Shown here in pieces: positions 19,501 to 29,107 of a stretch of 58,576 bases of DNA. Source of the stretch: Rhodothermales bacterium (GTDB taxonomy: Bacteria; Bacteroidota; Rhodothermia; Rhodothermales; JANQRZ01); assembly GCA_038232935.1 (NCBI GenBank), contig JBBSMX010000006.1, positions 1-58,576 of the forward strand, given 5' to 3'. The position numbers and the translations under genes are program-made. The notes under the pieces are model-generated. The model was given only the letters and a program-made list of their open reading frames with translations. It did not search any database and had not been told where the DNA came from. Every line of letters starts with the position of its first letter. The stretch's first letter is position 1.

Positions 19501-19580
19501 TCGGCCCCGGCCGGGTCGGGCTGCGCGAGGGCGGGGGCGGCGAAGAGCGCGACGAGGAGCGCGGCGGTGAGGGGACGCAT
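16569..19580 (-). CDS. Large periplasmic tetratricopeptide-repeat protein (BamD/YbgF-like repeats)
   Basis: Signal MRPLTAALLVALFAAPALAQ; many TPR units ending in YP-x-S. Confidence 0.9.
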   Translation of the reverse strand: MRPLTAALLVALFAAPALAQPDPAGAEIAFADAYALFDARLFGEAERAFATFRAAYPNDPLTPDALFYGGEAALAVGDDATAAQLLADFRARYPAHPLAPRARLALGEYYFATEQYDRALDALSEALEEEQPPEDAARALLLMGQTSLRQDRPDAALAYLGRVSAEYPRSLAAPQALYAVGFAEFERGRYAEAADAFGQLASRYSRTPEDRRVGLALTDAYLRTGQYDRAITEGERRLPDLSGPTRDRALFLLGEAALRLDRLTEAEAYFAQIDATGLYARRARFGQARIAWEQENWTNAADNYSAVRQWPETDFDDLAAEATYYEGLALKRLGQIDEAARRLEAVHLRRPESPFADAALFERGVLLYGVRRWDEAAQSFDQLLERYPTSAFAGEAARMLGETYAALGDYRKAQRANERAEALGTASAELSGEVAFQQGYNLYLAGQYAEAASQLQRIFQRNPSGPRAGETLFWAAEASFQEGQAGNAAALQRAETLFADFLQKFPDHRQQDAARYALAWTLFKRGDYARAATAFERFLASYRPGSEIVPYTTDARLRLADAYFALKRFDDAIVTYQRIEDTTVGGADYALFQIGQAHGNAGRAAQAVAAYDRLLSQYPESSLRAQAQYAKGALAFQQGNYDRAIADYRVVLDRYPGSPLAPKAQYGIGDALYNQGKLREATAAYRAVLDRYPNSPFVVDALSGVQYSLTAQGDEYQLDEIVQQYAEQNPDAAVLDELRFRQAEGAFQSGNLREAITAFQSFIRTAQDDALIAAANLYVGRAYADLGQPREAEPFLRRVIERYPNASVRPEASARLGTLYLDAERYADALTLFRSLADEAATPEAGAEARLGEAETLLGLGRVTDAEALFGAVIESVPNTPLADRAGLGLARALEAQGRADDAVEFYRDLAATNTDAAGAEAVVRLAEALFAQGDMQGVLAALDRLDVENRFAGYPEEVADALLVRARAFRRLGESGRADEAYQRVIAAYPDTPAAATAQRER

Positions 19581-19844
19581 AGAGGAGGCGGGTGAAAATC
19601 GACGCGGCCTAAGATAACCGAGGAACGCATCGTGCCGCGCCCTTCGCATCTCACCGCCTACGAAACAAAACGCCCGCAGTGACACGTTCAAGAAGAAGGG
19701 CGCTCCGAAACCCCATACCACTTCGGAGCCCTGCCGCCGCCTGTCGCTCGCCGCCGCGTCCGGACCCGTCCCCGCGACCGGCTTCTGTGCCCGCATGTGG
19801 CTGGCTCTTTTCACCTACAGCCCTTTCGCATCCTACCTCCCGTC

Positions 19845-20474
19845 ATGGAAAACAAATCCGATAAGAACGCCGCCAAGTCCGACGCGCCCGACCTCTCTAC
19901 GACGTCGCCCACCGGAACGCCCACCGCTAAGGCCAGCGGGGCTACCGCTTCTAGCACGGACGCCAGCATGGGCTCCGGCAGCAAGCCTGCCTCCTCCTCC
20001 ACCAACGCCCACTCGGCCCGGCCCGTCACCAGCACGCCTGCCTTCGGCGACCCGACCGTGGACCGTCTCTCCCTCGATCCTGCCGATAGCGACGACTGGG
20101 TGACGCGCACGAAGCTGTGGGTGGAGGAGAACCCCGCTCTCGCGATTGTCGGGGCCATCGGGATCGGGCTGCTCGTCGGCCGGATCGTGATGGCGGCGAT
20201 CCCCGAGCCCGAGCCGAAGACGCTCACGGCCAAGATCGAGAAGCGCGCCAAAACGCTCTCGAAGCAGGGCCGCTACTACGCCGACGACGCCGGGGACGCG
20301 ATCTCCAAGCAGCTCGCCGTCGCCGCCGAAGCGCTCGCCGAGGCGTCGCACGCCGTCTCCAAGAACGCGAAGCACGGGTTCGAGGAGGCGAAGGACTTCA
20401 GCGAGAGCATCGCCGAGGCCATCGGGCAGGCGTTCTCGAAGAAGGCCGGCGACTGGCTCGACAAGATCACCTGA
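19845..20474 (+). CDS. Hypothetical membrane-anchored protein (ElaB/DUF883-like motif)
   Basis: S/T-rich N-terminus, WVEENPALAIVGAIGIGLLVGR TM motif, helical C-terminus. Confidence 0.6.
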   Translation: MENKSDKNAAKSDAPDLSTTSPTGTPTAKASGATASSTDASMGSGSKPASSSTNAHSARPVTSTPAFGDPTVDRLSLDPADSDDWVTRTKLWVEENPALAIVGAIGIGLLVGRIVMAAIPEPEPKTLTAKIEKRAKTLSKQGRYYADDAGDAISKQLAVAAEALAEASHAVSKNAKHGFEEAKDFSESIAEAIGQAFSKKAGDWLDKIT

Positions 20475-20632
20475 GTCGGCCCCGTCGCGTGCTACGCTGA
20501 ACGGCTGAGCGCGCAGACGGCATTCGGCCCATTCTTCACCGGAGGCGGTGGCCGCGAGGTCGCCGCCTCCGCGTGCGTAGGCTATCTTCGAGCCTGTCCT
20601 TTTTCGACCCTACGTCCTCCGAGCCCGAAGTT

Positions 20633-21574
20633 ATGAGCGTCCTCGCCGTCGGCACCGTCGCCTTCGACACGATCGAAACCCCGTTCGGCAAAGCCGAGCG
20701 CATCCTCGGGGGCTCCGGCACCTACATCGCCCTCGCGGCGCGCTACCTCACCGCGCCCGTCCGCGTCGTCGGCGTCGTCGGGCGAGACTTCCCGGAGGAG
20801 CACACCGACCTGTTCCGCACACGGGGGATCGACACGGAGGGGCTCGTGCGAGACGAGGAGGGGGAGACGTTCTTCTGGGCCGGCCGCTACCACTACGACC
20901 TCAACCGCCGGGACACGCTCGCCACCCACCTCAACGTGCTCGCTACGTTCGACCCCGAGGTGCCTACCTCGTACCGCGACAGCCGGATCGTCTGCCTCGG
21001 CAACCTCGACCCGACCGTGCAGCAGAAGGTGCTCGATCAGATGGAGGCCCCGGAGCTGGTCATCCTCGACACGATGAACTACTGGATCGAGCACACGCCT
21101 AGAGAGCTGAAGAAGACGTTGAAAGGGGTGGACGTGCTCGTCATCAACGATTCCGAGGCCCGCGAGCTGTCCGGTGAGCCGAACCTCGTCCGGGCCGCCC
21201 GCATCATCCGGGGGATGGGCCCGCAGACGCTCGTCATCAAAAAGGGCGAGCACGGCGCTCTCCTCTTCCGCGACGGCACCGTGTTCAGCGCCCCGGCCTT
21301 CCCACTCGAAGACATCTACGACCCGACGGGCGCGGGCGACGCGTTCATGGGCGGCTTCGCCGGCTACCTCGCCCGCACCGATCCGCACGACCCGGAGGAG
21401 ATGCGCCGCGCCGTCGTGCTCGGCAGCGCCCTCGCCTCGTTCGTCGTAGAGGCTTTCGGGACGGAGCGACTGCTGAACCTCGGCAGCGCCGACCTCGAAA
21501 CGCGCATCGCCTCCTTCCACGAACTGTCGGCGATCCCCGAGATGAGCGGGGCGATGCATACGCCGAGCTTCTGA
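20633..21574 (+). CDS. PfkB family carbohydrate/nucleoside kinase
   Basis: GGSG, INDSEA, IKKGEHG, DPTGAGDAFMGG signature. Confidence 0.92.
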   Translation: MSVLAVGTVAFDTIETPFGKAERILGGSGTYIALAARYLTAPVRVVGVVGRDFPEEHTDLFRTRGIDTEGLVRDEEGETFFWAGRYHYDLNRRDTLATHLNVLATFDPEVPTSYRDSRIVCLGNLDPTVQQKVLDQMEAPELVILDTMNYWIEHTPRELKKTLKGVDVLVINDSEARELSGEPNLVRAARIIRGMGPQTLVIKKGEHGALLFRDGTVFSAPAFPLEDIYDPTGAGDAFMGGFAGYLARTDPHDPEEMRRAVVLGSALASFVVEAFGTERLLNLGSADLETRIASFHELSAIPEMSGAMHTPSF

Positions 21575-21586
21575 GCCGTCGCCCGG

Positions 21587-22693
21587 CTAGATCTCGCCCG
21601 GGGCGTGCTGGCGGCGGAGGCGCGGTTGGAAGAGGTCAAACAGAGCGGACTGGGCATCGAGCACCCACCGGTCGAAGATCTCGTTCTCCGACACCGTGCC
21701 GAGTTCGTCGGCGATGCAGCTCGCGTCGCTTCGGTGCCAGCCTGCGATCTCGTCGAGTGTGGTAACGCCGAGGCGGTAGAGTGCCGCCTGCGTCTCGTCG
21801 TCGATCCCTGGGATGATGGTGAGGTTCTGTTCGTCCTTCCGCGTTTCGCTGAGGGCTTTATCGTCGGAGGGAGTGTGCTTCACGGCGAGGGGCACGGGCC
21901 GGCCTGAGCGTGGGGTCGGGGAGGGTGCCGTAGGCGCAGCCGTCGTGCCATCGCCAGCGTGGAGGGGCGGTGCCTCCGTCGCCGCCTCGTCCGACTCGAA
22001 GTCCAACCAGTCGAGCAGGGTGTCGAACTCGGACAGGGGACCCGGTGCCTCAACGGTTTCCTCTTCGGCGGGAAGTGCGAAATCGGCGAACGGGTGTACC
22101 GGGGCAGGAGGCGGCTCGGGCTCGAAGGTGGAGGAGAACGCCTCGGTCGGGATGATGAAATTCGAGGGCGGATCTGCATCGAAAGGCCCCTCCCACGCAG
22201 GCGGAGCATCGGGGACTTCGTCCTCTGCGATGGGCCATTCGGCCTCGCCTGCGGACTCGTCCGCTTCCACGATAGGCTCGTCGATCTCTGCGGCCGATTC
22301 GATGACTTCCTCGTGCCTGTCTGTGGAGGAGGCGGGGAGAGCCGCCTCGAACGGATCGGCGAACACGTAGTCCTTGTGGGGGACGAACGCGAAAGGGGTG
22401 TCGGGGGCTGCTCCTGCTGGAAGGTAATCAGTGGCTGGAGCGTGGGCTACCGTATCGGCTGCTGCATCGAGCGCTACGCCATCGAGCGCTGTGCCGGTCT
22501 CCTCGTCGGCGGGATCGGGGAGGTGGGTCTTTGCGTTGGCCTCAATGGTTCGGCGGAGTTGACTGCGGAGCTTGCGCATCTCCTTCTTCTGGCACTCGAT
22601 CTCGGAACGGGTGTGGTCCTCCAGTTCTTGAATCCGGCGCGCGCACGCGTCGAGCTGGATTTCGAGGTCGTCGAACAGTGGGTCGGCGCTCAT
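21587..22693 (-). CDS. Hypothetical protein: N-terminal coiled coil, acidic linker, C-terminal helix-hairpin-helix (COG3743-like) domain
   Basis: NLTIIPGIDDETQAALYRLGVTTLDEIAGW...WVLDAQ pattern. Confidence 0.65.
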   Translation of the reverse strand: MSADPLFDDLEIQLDACARRIQELEDHTRSEIECQKKEMRKLRSQLRRTIEANAKTHLPDPADEETGTALDGVALDAAADTVAHAPATDYLPAGAAPDTPFAFVPHKDYVFADPFEAALPASSTDRHEEVIESAAEIDEPIVEADESAGEAEWPIAEDEVPDAPPAWEGPFDADPPSNFIIPTEAFSSTFEPEPPPAPVHPFADFALPAEEETVEAPGPLSEFDTLLDWLDFESDEAATEAPPLHAGDGTTAAPTAPSPTPRSGRPVPLAVKHTPSDDKALSETRKDEQNLTIIPGIDDETQAALYRLGVTTLDEIAGWHRSDASCIADELGTVSENEIFDRWVLDAQSALFDLFQPRLRRQHAPGEI

Positions 22694-23004
22694 AGCGGGG
22701 TTCTCGGTGGGTTCGACGGGCGGGGCGGGATCATGCGTCCGGCCTCATGCGGTTGCGAATGCGCAGGTCGAGGTGATTTGGAAAAGGAGGGTTTACAGAA
22801 TGAAGCGCGCGAAGGGGGAAGGAACGCCCTGACGGCACGTTGGAGGACGTGGGTTCGGAAAGCAAGAGGTATTCCAAACGGGAGCATCGAATGCTCAAGA
22901 AGAGGGGGCACATCGCCGAGAGGGGACGCCGTGTGGACCTGTGAGCGGCACGGGACGATGGTATCTTCCGCTCGTTTGTGCCCACGCCCGCTTCGCGCCT
23001 ACCG

Positions 23005-25110
23005 ATGCGCCTCTCCTTTCTGTTGCTTTGCTGCCTGAGCGTCGGCCTCGCTGCGCTCTCCGGGTGCCGCGCCGAAACGCCCGTCGAGGCCGTGGGGGAG
23101 CCGCCCATTGCGGGAGCGACGTACGCCGGTGACGAGGCGTGTGCCTCCTGCCACGCCGACCTCTATGTGAGCTACCACCGCACCGGCATGGGCCGCTCCG
23201 CCTCGCGCTTCGACCCCGAGAACGCGCCGGAGCGCTTCGACACGGAGAGCCGCAGCCCGGTCGTCTACAACGAGAACTTCGACTATTACTACCAGGCGTT
23301 CGTCCGGGGCGATACGCTCTATCAGCGCGAGTTCCGGCTGGATGAGCGTGGCGAAGTGAGCTACGAACAGGTCCACCGCGCGGACTACGTCGTCGGCAGC
23401 GGGAACGCGACGCGGTCGTACCTCATGCGCACGAATGGCTTCGTCACCGAGATGCCGCTCACGTGGTACGTCGAGCGGAAGATCTGGGACATGAGCCCCG
23501 GCTACCACACGTCCAACAGCCGGTTCGAGCGCCCGGCCAACCTCGAGTGCGTGACGTGCCACAACGGGCTGCCCGAACACACTCCGTTCACGCAGAACCA
23601 CTACGCCGAGCTTCCGCTCGGGATCACGTGCGAGCGGTGCCACGGCCCCGCCGCCGCCCACGTCGAGGCGCGGCTGGCTGGCGTCGAGCCGCCCGAAGGT
23701 GCGCCGGACCCGAACCTGCTCGACCTCGCCTCGCTCGACCGCGGGCTCCAGCTCAGCGTCTGCCAGCAGTGCCACCTCGAAGGGCTCGCCGTCTTCGCGC
23801 CGGGCGAGGACCCGACCACGGTCCGCCCCGGCCAGCCCCTCGCGTCTCACCGTGCCGTCTTCGCCCGCCTCGATCAGATCGATGATCCGGACGACTTCGG
23901 GATCGCCTCCCACGCGCAACGGCTCGCCCAGAGCGCCTGCTTCAAAGCGAGCGCGATGACCTGCACGACGTGCCACGACCCACACCAGCCGACGGCCGAA
24001 CTCGGCCCCGACGCCTTCAATGCGACGTGCCGGAGTTGCCACGGCGGCGACGGCGATCCGTCCAATGGACCGAGCCCGCACGAGGCGCTGTGCGAACGCC
24101 CGGGCGTTGGCTCGCCCGCCGAGGCGATGACGGGCGATTGCGTGAGCTGCCACATGCAGGTCGGCGGCACCTCCGACATCCCGCACGTCTCGTTCACCGA
24201 CCACTGGATTCGCCGCCGCCTTCCGCCCGCCCGCCCGCCCGGCCTGATCGAGCGTGACCTCAGTCGGACGGAGCCGTTCGTGCTCGTCAACCTGCTGGCA
24301 GACGAGGCCCCGAGGCCGCCCGGCGAGGCCGACCTCGAAACGGCCCTCGCGTATTTCCACCTCTACGAGACGGTGCATCCCCAGGCGTCGTACCTGCCCG
24401 ATGTGGCGGCGCGCGTCCGGCGTGGGCTAGTCGCCGGGGCGGACCGCGCCGACGCGCGTGTTGCGCTCGGCCGGGCGCTGATGGGGATGGACTCGCTGGC
24501 CGCCGCCGAGGGCGCGCTCGGCGAGGCCGCCGCGGCGTACCCCGGCGATGCGTGGGCGCAGTACTGGCTCGGGACCGTGCGAACCCGGCGCGGGAATGCG
24601 CAGGCGGCGGAAGGGCCGCTACGCCGTGCCGTCGAGATCCAGCCCTTGTTGGTGGAGGCCCGCATCGCGCTGGCGGATGTGCTGGGGGCGATGGGCCGGA
24701 CGGATGAGGCGGTGCAGCAGCTCGAAGCGGCCGTGGCGGCGGACCCTCTGCACCACCCGGCCGCGTGGAACAACCTCGGCTTCATCCACCTGCAGGCCGG
24801 TCGCACCGACGCCGCCGAGCAGCCCCTCGAAACGGCGGTGCAGCTCGACCCGGACTTCGCGGAGGCCCGCGTGAATCTCGGCTCGCTCTACCTGCTGGGC
24901 GGGCGACTCGAACCGGCCGTCGAGCAGTTCGAGCAGGCCATCCGCGCCCGGCCGGATTATGCTCCGGCCTACGGCAACCTCGGCGTGGCTTACGCCCAAC
25001 TCGGCCGCACCGCCGAGGCTCGGCGGATGTTCGAGCGCCTGCTCGTCCTCAACCCCGGCGATCAGCGCGCCCGCGCCTATTTGGCTCAACTCGACGCGGC
25101 GGAGTCATGA
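23005..25110 (+). CDS. Multiheme cytochrome c lipoprotein with C-terminal TPR repeats
   Basis: Lipobox LSGC; seven CxxCH motifs (CASCH, CVTCH, CERCH, CQQCH, CTTCH, CRSCH, CVSCH); TPRs (AWNNLG, ARVNLG, AYGNLG). Confidence 0.88.
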   Translation: MRLSFLLLCCLSVGLAALSGCRAETPVEAVGEPPIAGATYAGDEACASCHADLYVSYHRTGMGRSASRFDPENAPERFDTESRSPVVYNENFDYYYQAFVRGDTLYQREFRLDERGEVSYEQVHRADYVVGSGNATRSYLMRTNGFVTEMPLTWYVERKIWDMSPGYHTSNSRFERPANLECVTCHNGLPEHTPFTQNHYAELPLGITCERCHGPAAAHVEARLAGVEPPEGAPDPNLLDLASLDRGLQLSVCQQCHLEGLAVFAPGEDPTTVRPGQPLASHRAVFARLDQIDDPDDFGIASHAQRLAQSACFKASAMTCTTCHDPHQPTAELGPDAFNATCRSCHGGDGDPSNGPSPHEALCERPGVGSPAEAMTGDCVSCHMQVGGTSDIPHVSFTDHWIRRRLPPARPPGLIERDLSRTEPFVLVNLLADEAPRPPGEADLETALAYFHLYETVHPQASYLPDVAARVRRGLVAGADRADARVALGRALMGMDSLAAAEGALGEAAAAYPGDAWAQYWLGTVRTRRGNAQAAEGPLRRAVEIQPLLVEARIALADVLGAMGRTDEAVQQLEAAVAADPLHHPAAWNNLGFIHLQAGRTDAAEQPLETAVQLDPDFAEARVNLGSLYLLGGRLEPAVEQFEQAIRARPDYAPAYGNLGVAYAQLGRTAEARRMFERLLVLNPGDQRARAYLAQLDAAES

Positions 25111-26147
25111 GACGACGGAACGATGAGTCGAGGAGAGGGTGGAGGATAGAGGGTGGAGGATGGAGCATGGCTCGCTATCCCCTACCCTCTATCCTCTATT
25201 CTCTATTCGCCCTCCTTCTCCTCCTCACCGGATGCGGCAGCAGCACCGGCGGACCGGCCGATGGTCTCCGCCTCGACACCGGCAAGCGCGATCCCGAGCG
25301 GCTGCTCCGCTACTACTTCGGCTCGTACCTCGGCCCCGACGGCGGCGATGCGGTGGAGGCCGGCGTGCTCTCGGGCGAGGGCGATGCGTTCACGCTCCAC
25401 CCCGAAGCGCTCGCCGAACCGTGGCAGGCGGCCATCGCCACAGCGAACGCGGACGGCGACGGCACCCTCGACTGGGACGAGCTCGTCGCGTTCTTCGAGC
25501 GGACCTACACCACGGCCCGCGCCCTCCCGCCGACGCTCGACGCGTTCCGCGCAGGCGTACCGTACGCCCCGGATGACGCGGCGTGGTTCACCGTCGAGAT
25601 CGACGGCGTGATGACGAGTGCGCGGCGGCATCTCTTCGTCCCAATGGCTGCCCTCCGGTCGGCGCTCGCGGATTACCGTGCGAACGGGGACCGGCTGATC
25701 TACCCCTTCGGCGCGGCTATCGTCGGGGAACACTGGCTGGACGGTGCGCGCGCGGAGACGACGGTGATGCAGAAGCGGCCCGACGGGTTCTGGGACTTCT
25801 TCGTCTACGGCGCGGACGGCACCCTCGCTCCCGCCACGGACACGCCGCCCCGCGCCCTCCGCAGCCCGACGCAGTGCGTGGGCTGCCACTTCGGCCGTAA
25901 AGCCTTCGAGCCCGAGAAGAGCTTTCCCGCCGCCGCGCCGCCGGGGCCATTCGGGCCGCGCAGCATCCACGTCGGACCCGAGATGCGGAACGCCGAGGTT
26001 GTCGACTTCTTCGACGAGCACGCGAAGAGGAGTGACACGGCCCTCGGCATCTACAACACGCTCTTCGTTTCGAAACTCCTCGCCGACCGCAATGCCGGGC
26101 GGATCGCGCCGGACGATGCGGCCCTCCTCGACCAACTCGGACTGTGA
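25107..26147 (+). CDS. Lipoprotein with EF-hand and C-terminal monoheme (cytochrome P460-like) domain
   Basis: ATGA overlap with upstream stop; lipobox LLTGC; NADGDGTLDWDEL EF-hand; TVMQK...GFWDFFVY...CVGCH. Confidence 0.65.
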   Translation: MRRRNDESRRGWRIEGGGWSMARYPLPSILYSLFALLLLLTGCGSSTGGPADGLRLDTGKRDPERLLRYYFGSYLGPDGGDAVEAGVLSGEGDAFTLHPEALAEPWQAAIATANADGDGTLDWDELVAFFERTYTTARALPPTLDAFRAGVPYAPDDAAWFTVEIDGVMTSARRHLFVPMAALRSALADYRANGDRLIYPFGAAIVGEHWLDGARAETTVMQKRPDGFWDFFVYGADGTLAPATDTPPRALRSPTQCVGCHFGRKAFEPEKSFPAAAPPGPFGPRSIHVGPEMRNAEVVDFFDEHAKRSDTALGIYNTLFVSKLLADRNAGRIAPDDAALLDQLGL

Positions 26148-26377
26148 TGCGCTGGCTGGATCGGATCCCGCTGTGGGCGCTCGTCGCCGGGGCGATTTTT
26201 ATGGCGCTCGCCCCGTTTGTCCCAGAGCCGCACCTCTGGCGCGACGTGAAATGGCTGACAGCGGCCGAGCTGACGCGGCCCGAGGACGTGTTCGACTTGT
26301 TCTGGCACGGCGCGTTACCCGTGCTGCTCGGGGTCCGGCTAGTACGTGACGTGCGGCGTAAAAGGACGGCGAGTTGA
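26147..26377 (+). CDS. Small membrane protein
   Basis: Start overlaps upstream stop; LAPFVPEPHL...DVFDLFWHG motif; two hydrophobic segments. Confidence 0.6.
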   Translation: MRWLDRIPLWALVAGAIFMALAPFVPEPHLWRDVKWLTAAELTRPEDVFDLFWHGALPVLLGVRLVRDVRRKRTAS

Positions 26378-26453
26378 GGAAAGGGACCCAGAGCGGTACC
26401 CCGCGTCGTGCCGTCTACCTCTATCTTCCGTCTCCATTTTATTCCGCTCTGCC

Positions 26454-26870
26454 ATGCTATCTCCCACACCCGACCGCACCGGTGCGGCCGTGACGGCTCG
26501 CTCCGCCGGCACCGTCCGCCTCGTCAATGCCGTCTTTTATGCGCACCACGGCGTGATGCAGGAGGAGCACCGCATTGGTGGTCGCTACGAGGTGGACGTG
26601 GCGATGGACCTCGACTTCCGCGCCGCCGCCGAGCACGACGATCTCGACAAAACGGTGGATTACGAGCGGGTCTACCACCTCGTCCGCGACCTCGTCACGG
26701 GCAACAAGTTCTACCTCATCGAGAAGCTCGCGTACCGGATCGCGCAGGCAGTGCTGGATACGTTCGACGTCGTGGTTCGTGCGGAGGTGACGGTGCGGAA
26801 GGCGAACCCGCCGGTCGGCGGGTCGGTGGACCGGGCCGAGGCGGTATACCGGGCCGAGCGAGGGGCATGA
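26454..26870 (+). CDS. folB: Dihydroneopterin aldolase
   Basis: FYAHHGV..EE..IG, DDLDKTVDY, LIEKLA, VTVRK..PP motifs. Confidence 0.93.
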   Translation: MLSPTPDRTGAAVTARSAGTVRLVNAVFYAHHGVMQEEHRIGGRYEVDVAMDLDFRAAAEHDDLDKTVDYERVYHLVRDLVTGNKFYLIEKLAYRIAQAVLDTFDVVVRAEVTVRKANPPVGGSVDRAEAVYRAERGA

Positions 26871-28087
26871 GCGAGAGACGCGGAGCGGTACGCGTATTCG
26901 TCGGGCTGGGTGCGAACCTCGGGGATCGGGGGGCGCAGCTGGCCGTAGCGGTGACGGCGTTGGATCACGAGCCGGACGTCACAGTCGTCGCGGTCTCGCC
27001 GGTCTACGAGGGGCCGGCGATCCTTCCCGACGACGAGCCGCAGCCGCCGTACCTCAACGCCGTCATCGAGCTGCGGACGACGCTGGAGCCGGCCGAGTTG
27101 CTGGAGGTGTTTCACCAGATCGAGCACGCCGCCGGCCGCGAGCGCCACACGCTCTGGGAACCGCGTCCGCTCGACCTCGACCTGCTGCTCTACGGGAATC
27201 ACGTCGTTTGGGACGACGACCTCGCGGTCCCGCACCCGAGGATGGGGGAGCGCCGGTTCGTCCTGCAGCCCCTCGCCGACCTTGCCCCGGACCTCGTGGT
27301 GCCCGGTGTCGGCGTCTCCGTCCGCGACCTCCTCGCGCATTGCGCCGACCCGAGCAAACTCCGCGCGCTGTCGCAGCCGCTCGACATCCCCGGTTCATTC
27401 GCAGGCGCTCGCCCGCTCGACATCCCCGATGCGCTCCGCTACGTCGTCGTGGAAGGGGTGATCGGTGCGGGGAAGACGACGCTGGCGCGGATGCTGGCCG
27501 AGCGGATGGGCGCGCGGCTCGTCCTCGAGGAGTTCGAGGAGAACCCGTTCCTGCCGGACTTCTACCGCGACCCCGTACGCTGGGCGTTCCACACGCAGCT
27601 CGCCTTCCTCGCCAGCCGCTTCCGTCAGCAGAAGGCCCTCGGCACGCGCGACCTCTTCCACCACGCGGCCGTCGCCGACTACACGTTCGACAAGGATCGC
27701 ATCTTCGCTCACATCACGCTCGACGGCGACGAGCTCCAGCTTTACGAGAACCTCTACGGGCTGATGGAGCCGGCGACGCCGCAGCCGGACCTCGTCGTCT
27801 ACCTCCAGAGCTCCGTGGACCGGCTGATGCAGAACATAGCGCAGCGCGGCCGGCCCTACGAGCAGAACATGGAGCGGAACTACATCGCCGAGCTCGCCGA
27901 GGCCTACGACCACTATTTCCGCCACTACACGAAGGGCGCACTCCTCATCGTCAACAGCACGACGATCGACTTCGTCGACGAGCCGGAGGACTTCGAGCGC
28001 CTCGTCCGCCGCATCGCCGCGATGGCCGGGCAGACGGGGACGGTCCACTTCAACCCAGCCACCGGCCCCCAACTCGACCTGCTTTGA
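26867..28087 (+). CDS. folK: HPPK (FolK) fused to deoxynucleoside kinase
   Basis: GLGANLGD, YLNAV, PRPLDLDLL, PHPRM..RRFVL; second domain VEGVIGAGKTTL P-loop, ENPFLPDFY, PDLVVYL. Confidence 0.92.
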   Translation: MSERRGAVRVFVGLGANLGDRGAQLAVAVTALDHEPDVTVVAVSPVYEGPAILPDDEPQPPYLNAVIELRTTLEPAELLEVFHQIEHAAGRERHTLWEPRPLDLDLLLYGNHVVWDDDLAVPHPRMGERRFVLQPLADLAPDLVVPGVGVSVRDLLAHCADPSKLRALSQPLDIPGSFAGARPLDIPDALRYVVVEGVIGAGKTTLARMLAERMGARLVLEEFEENPFLPDFYRDPVRWAFHTQLAFLASRFRQQKALGTRDLFHHAAVADYTFDKDRIFAHITLDGDELQLYENLYGLMEPATPQPDLVVYLQSSVDRLMQNIAQRGRPYEQNMERNYIAELAEAYDHYFRHYTKGALLIVNSTTIDFVDEPEDFERLVRRIAAMAGQTGTVHFNPATGPQLDLL

Positions 28088-28099
28088 ACACGGCAGCGG

Positions 28100-28822
28100 T
28101 CACACGCCGACGCTGAGCGTCATCGTCGTGTACGTCTCGACGGGGCGGCCATCATGGCGTCCGGGGCGGAAGCGCGTGCGGTTCACGGCGTCGAGGATGG
28201 CCTGCTCCACACCGTAGCCGATCTCAGCCACGCGCTCCTCGCGGTCCTTTTTATCCAAGAGGAAGCGGTCCACAATCTCCACCTCTTTGAGCCGGCCCCG
28301 CTCGTCGATGCGGAGGCGGAGGCGGACGCGAGCGCGGATGCCGCGCCGCTCGGCCTCGCGCGGGTAGTCCGGCAGCACGGGGCTGATCGTCTGCGGCCGG
28401 CGGTCTGCGCGCTCGACGAAGGCGGAGGCGTCGTCCGGTCCTTCGGTCTCGGTAGGGCCGGGCGGGGCCTCGGGCAGCGCGATGTCCGGGTTCGGGCTCG
28501 TCTCCAGCACCTCGAACTCGATCTCCTCCTCGGGGATCGGCACGTCGTCCGGGACCTCGATGGGGGGGAGGGTCGGCGGTGGGGGCGGTGCGGTGCGCGG
28601 CGTCTGCCGCGTCGGCTCGATCAGCTCGAGGGGGATCTGCTCATGTGGTGCGGCGACATAGAGCGGAGTCGGCGTGGGTTCCTCCACAGGCCACAGCCGG
28701 AACGTGAGGATGAGCACGCCGAGGCTCACGCCGAGCGTGGCGAGAATGCGCGGCCGGTAGACGCGGTCGTGGCGCTCGGTCCGGAGGCGCGGCGCGGGGG
28801 ACGATGGGAGGGAGGGCAGCAC
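28100..28822 (-). CDS. tonB: Energy transducer TonB
   Basis: N-terminal TM, Pro-rich linker, PDYPREAERRGI...IDERG...RFRPG..DGRPV; GTG start at 28822 inferred. Confidence 0.8.
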   Translation of the reverse strand: MLPSLPSSPAPRLRTERHDRVYRPRILATLGVSLGVLILTFRLWPVEEPTPTPLYVAAPHEQIPLELIEPTRQTPRTAPPPPPTLPPIEVPDDVPIPEEEIEFEVLETSPNPDIALPEAPPGPTETEGPDDASAFVERADRRPQTISPVLPDYPREAERRGIRARVRLRLRIDERGRLKEVEIVDRFLLDKKDREERVAEIGYGVEQAILDAVNRTRFRPGRHDGRPVETYTTMTLSVGV

Positions 28823-28924
28823 AGGGAGAGAACGAGGACGGATGCGTTGCAAGTATAGGCCGCGGAGCCTGTGTGAAAAGAGGCGGAAAGGGGTGGGGCA
28901 TGCGCCACCCCAACCGCTTGCATC

Positions 28925-28953
28925 TTGATTCGGTCCGGGCCGCACGCTAGCTT
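28925..28953 (+). promoter_or_regulatory. Putative sigma70-type promoter (TTGATT-17nt-TAGCTT)
   Basis: Hexamers and spacing read directly; upstream of terminator 29108-29136 and carA. Confidence 0.4.
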
Positions 28954-29107
28954 TCGTACCGACTGTCCGTGAAACTCCTGCGCGCGATGGAACCGCCTTT
29001 TCGCCGGTCCCGTTCACGCGCGACCTCGTCGATCTACTTCCAGCCCGTGCCCGGCGTTTTCCCCCTGCACCCCGATCTTCCCCGGAGCCACGCGCGCCGC
29101 GCCGCTG

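Noticed and set aside
26867-28087. FolK-deoxynucleoside kinase fusion as novel
   Set aside because: Known fusion or adjacency in many bacteria
28960-29100. Cobalamin riboswitch on the minus strand upstream of tonB
   Set aside because: Conserved B12-box motifs not found by eye
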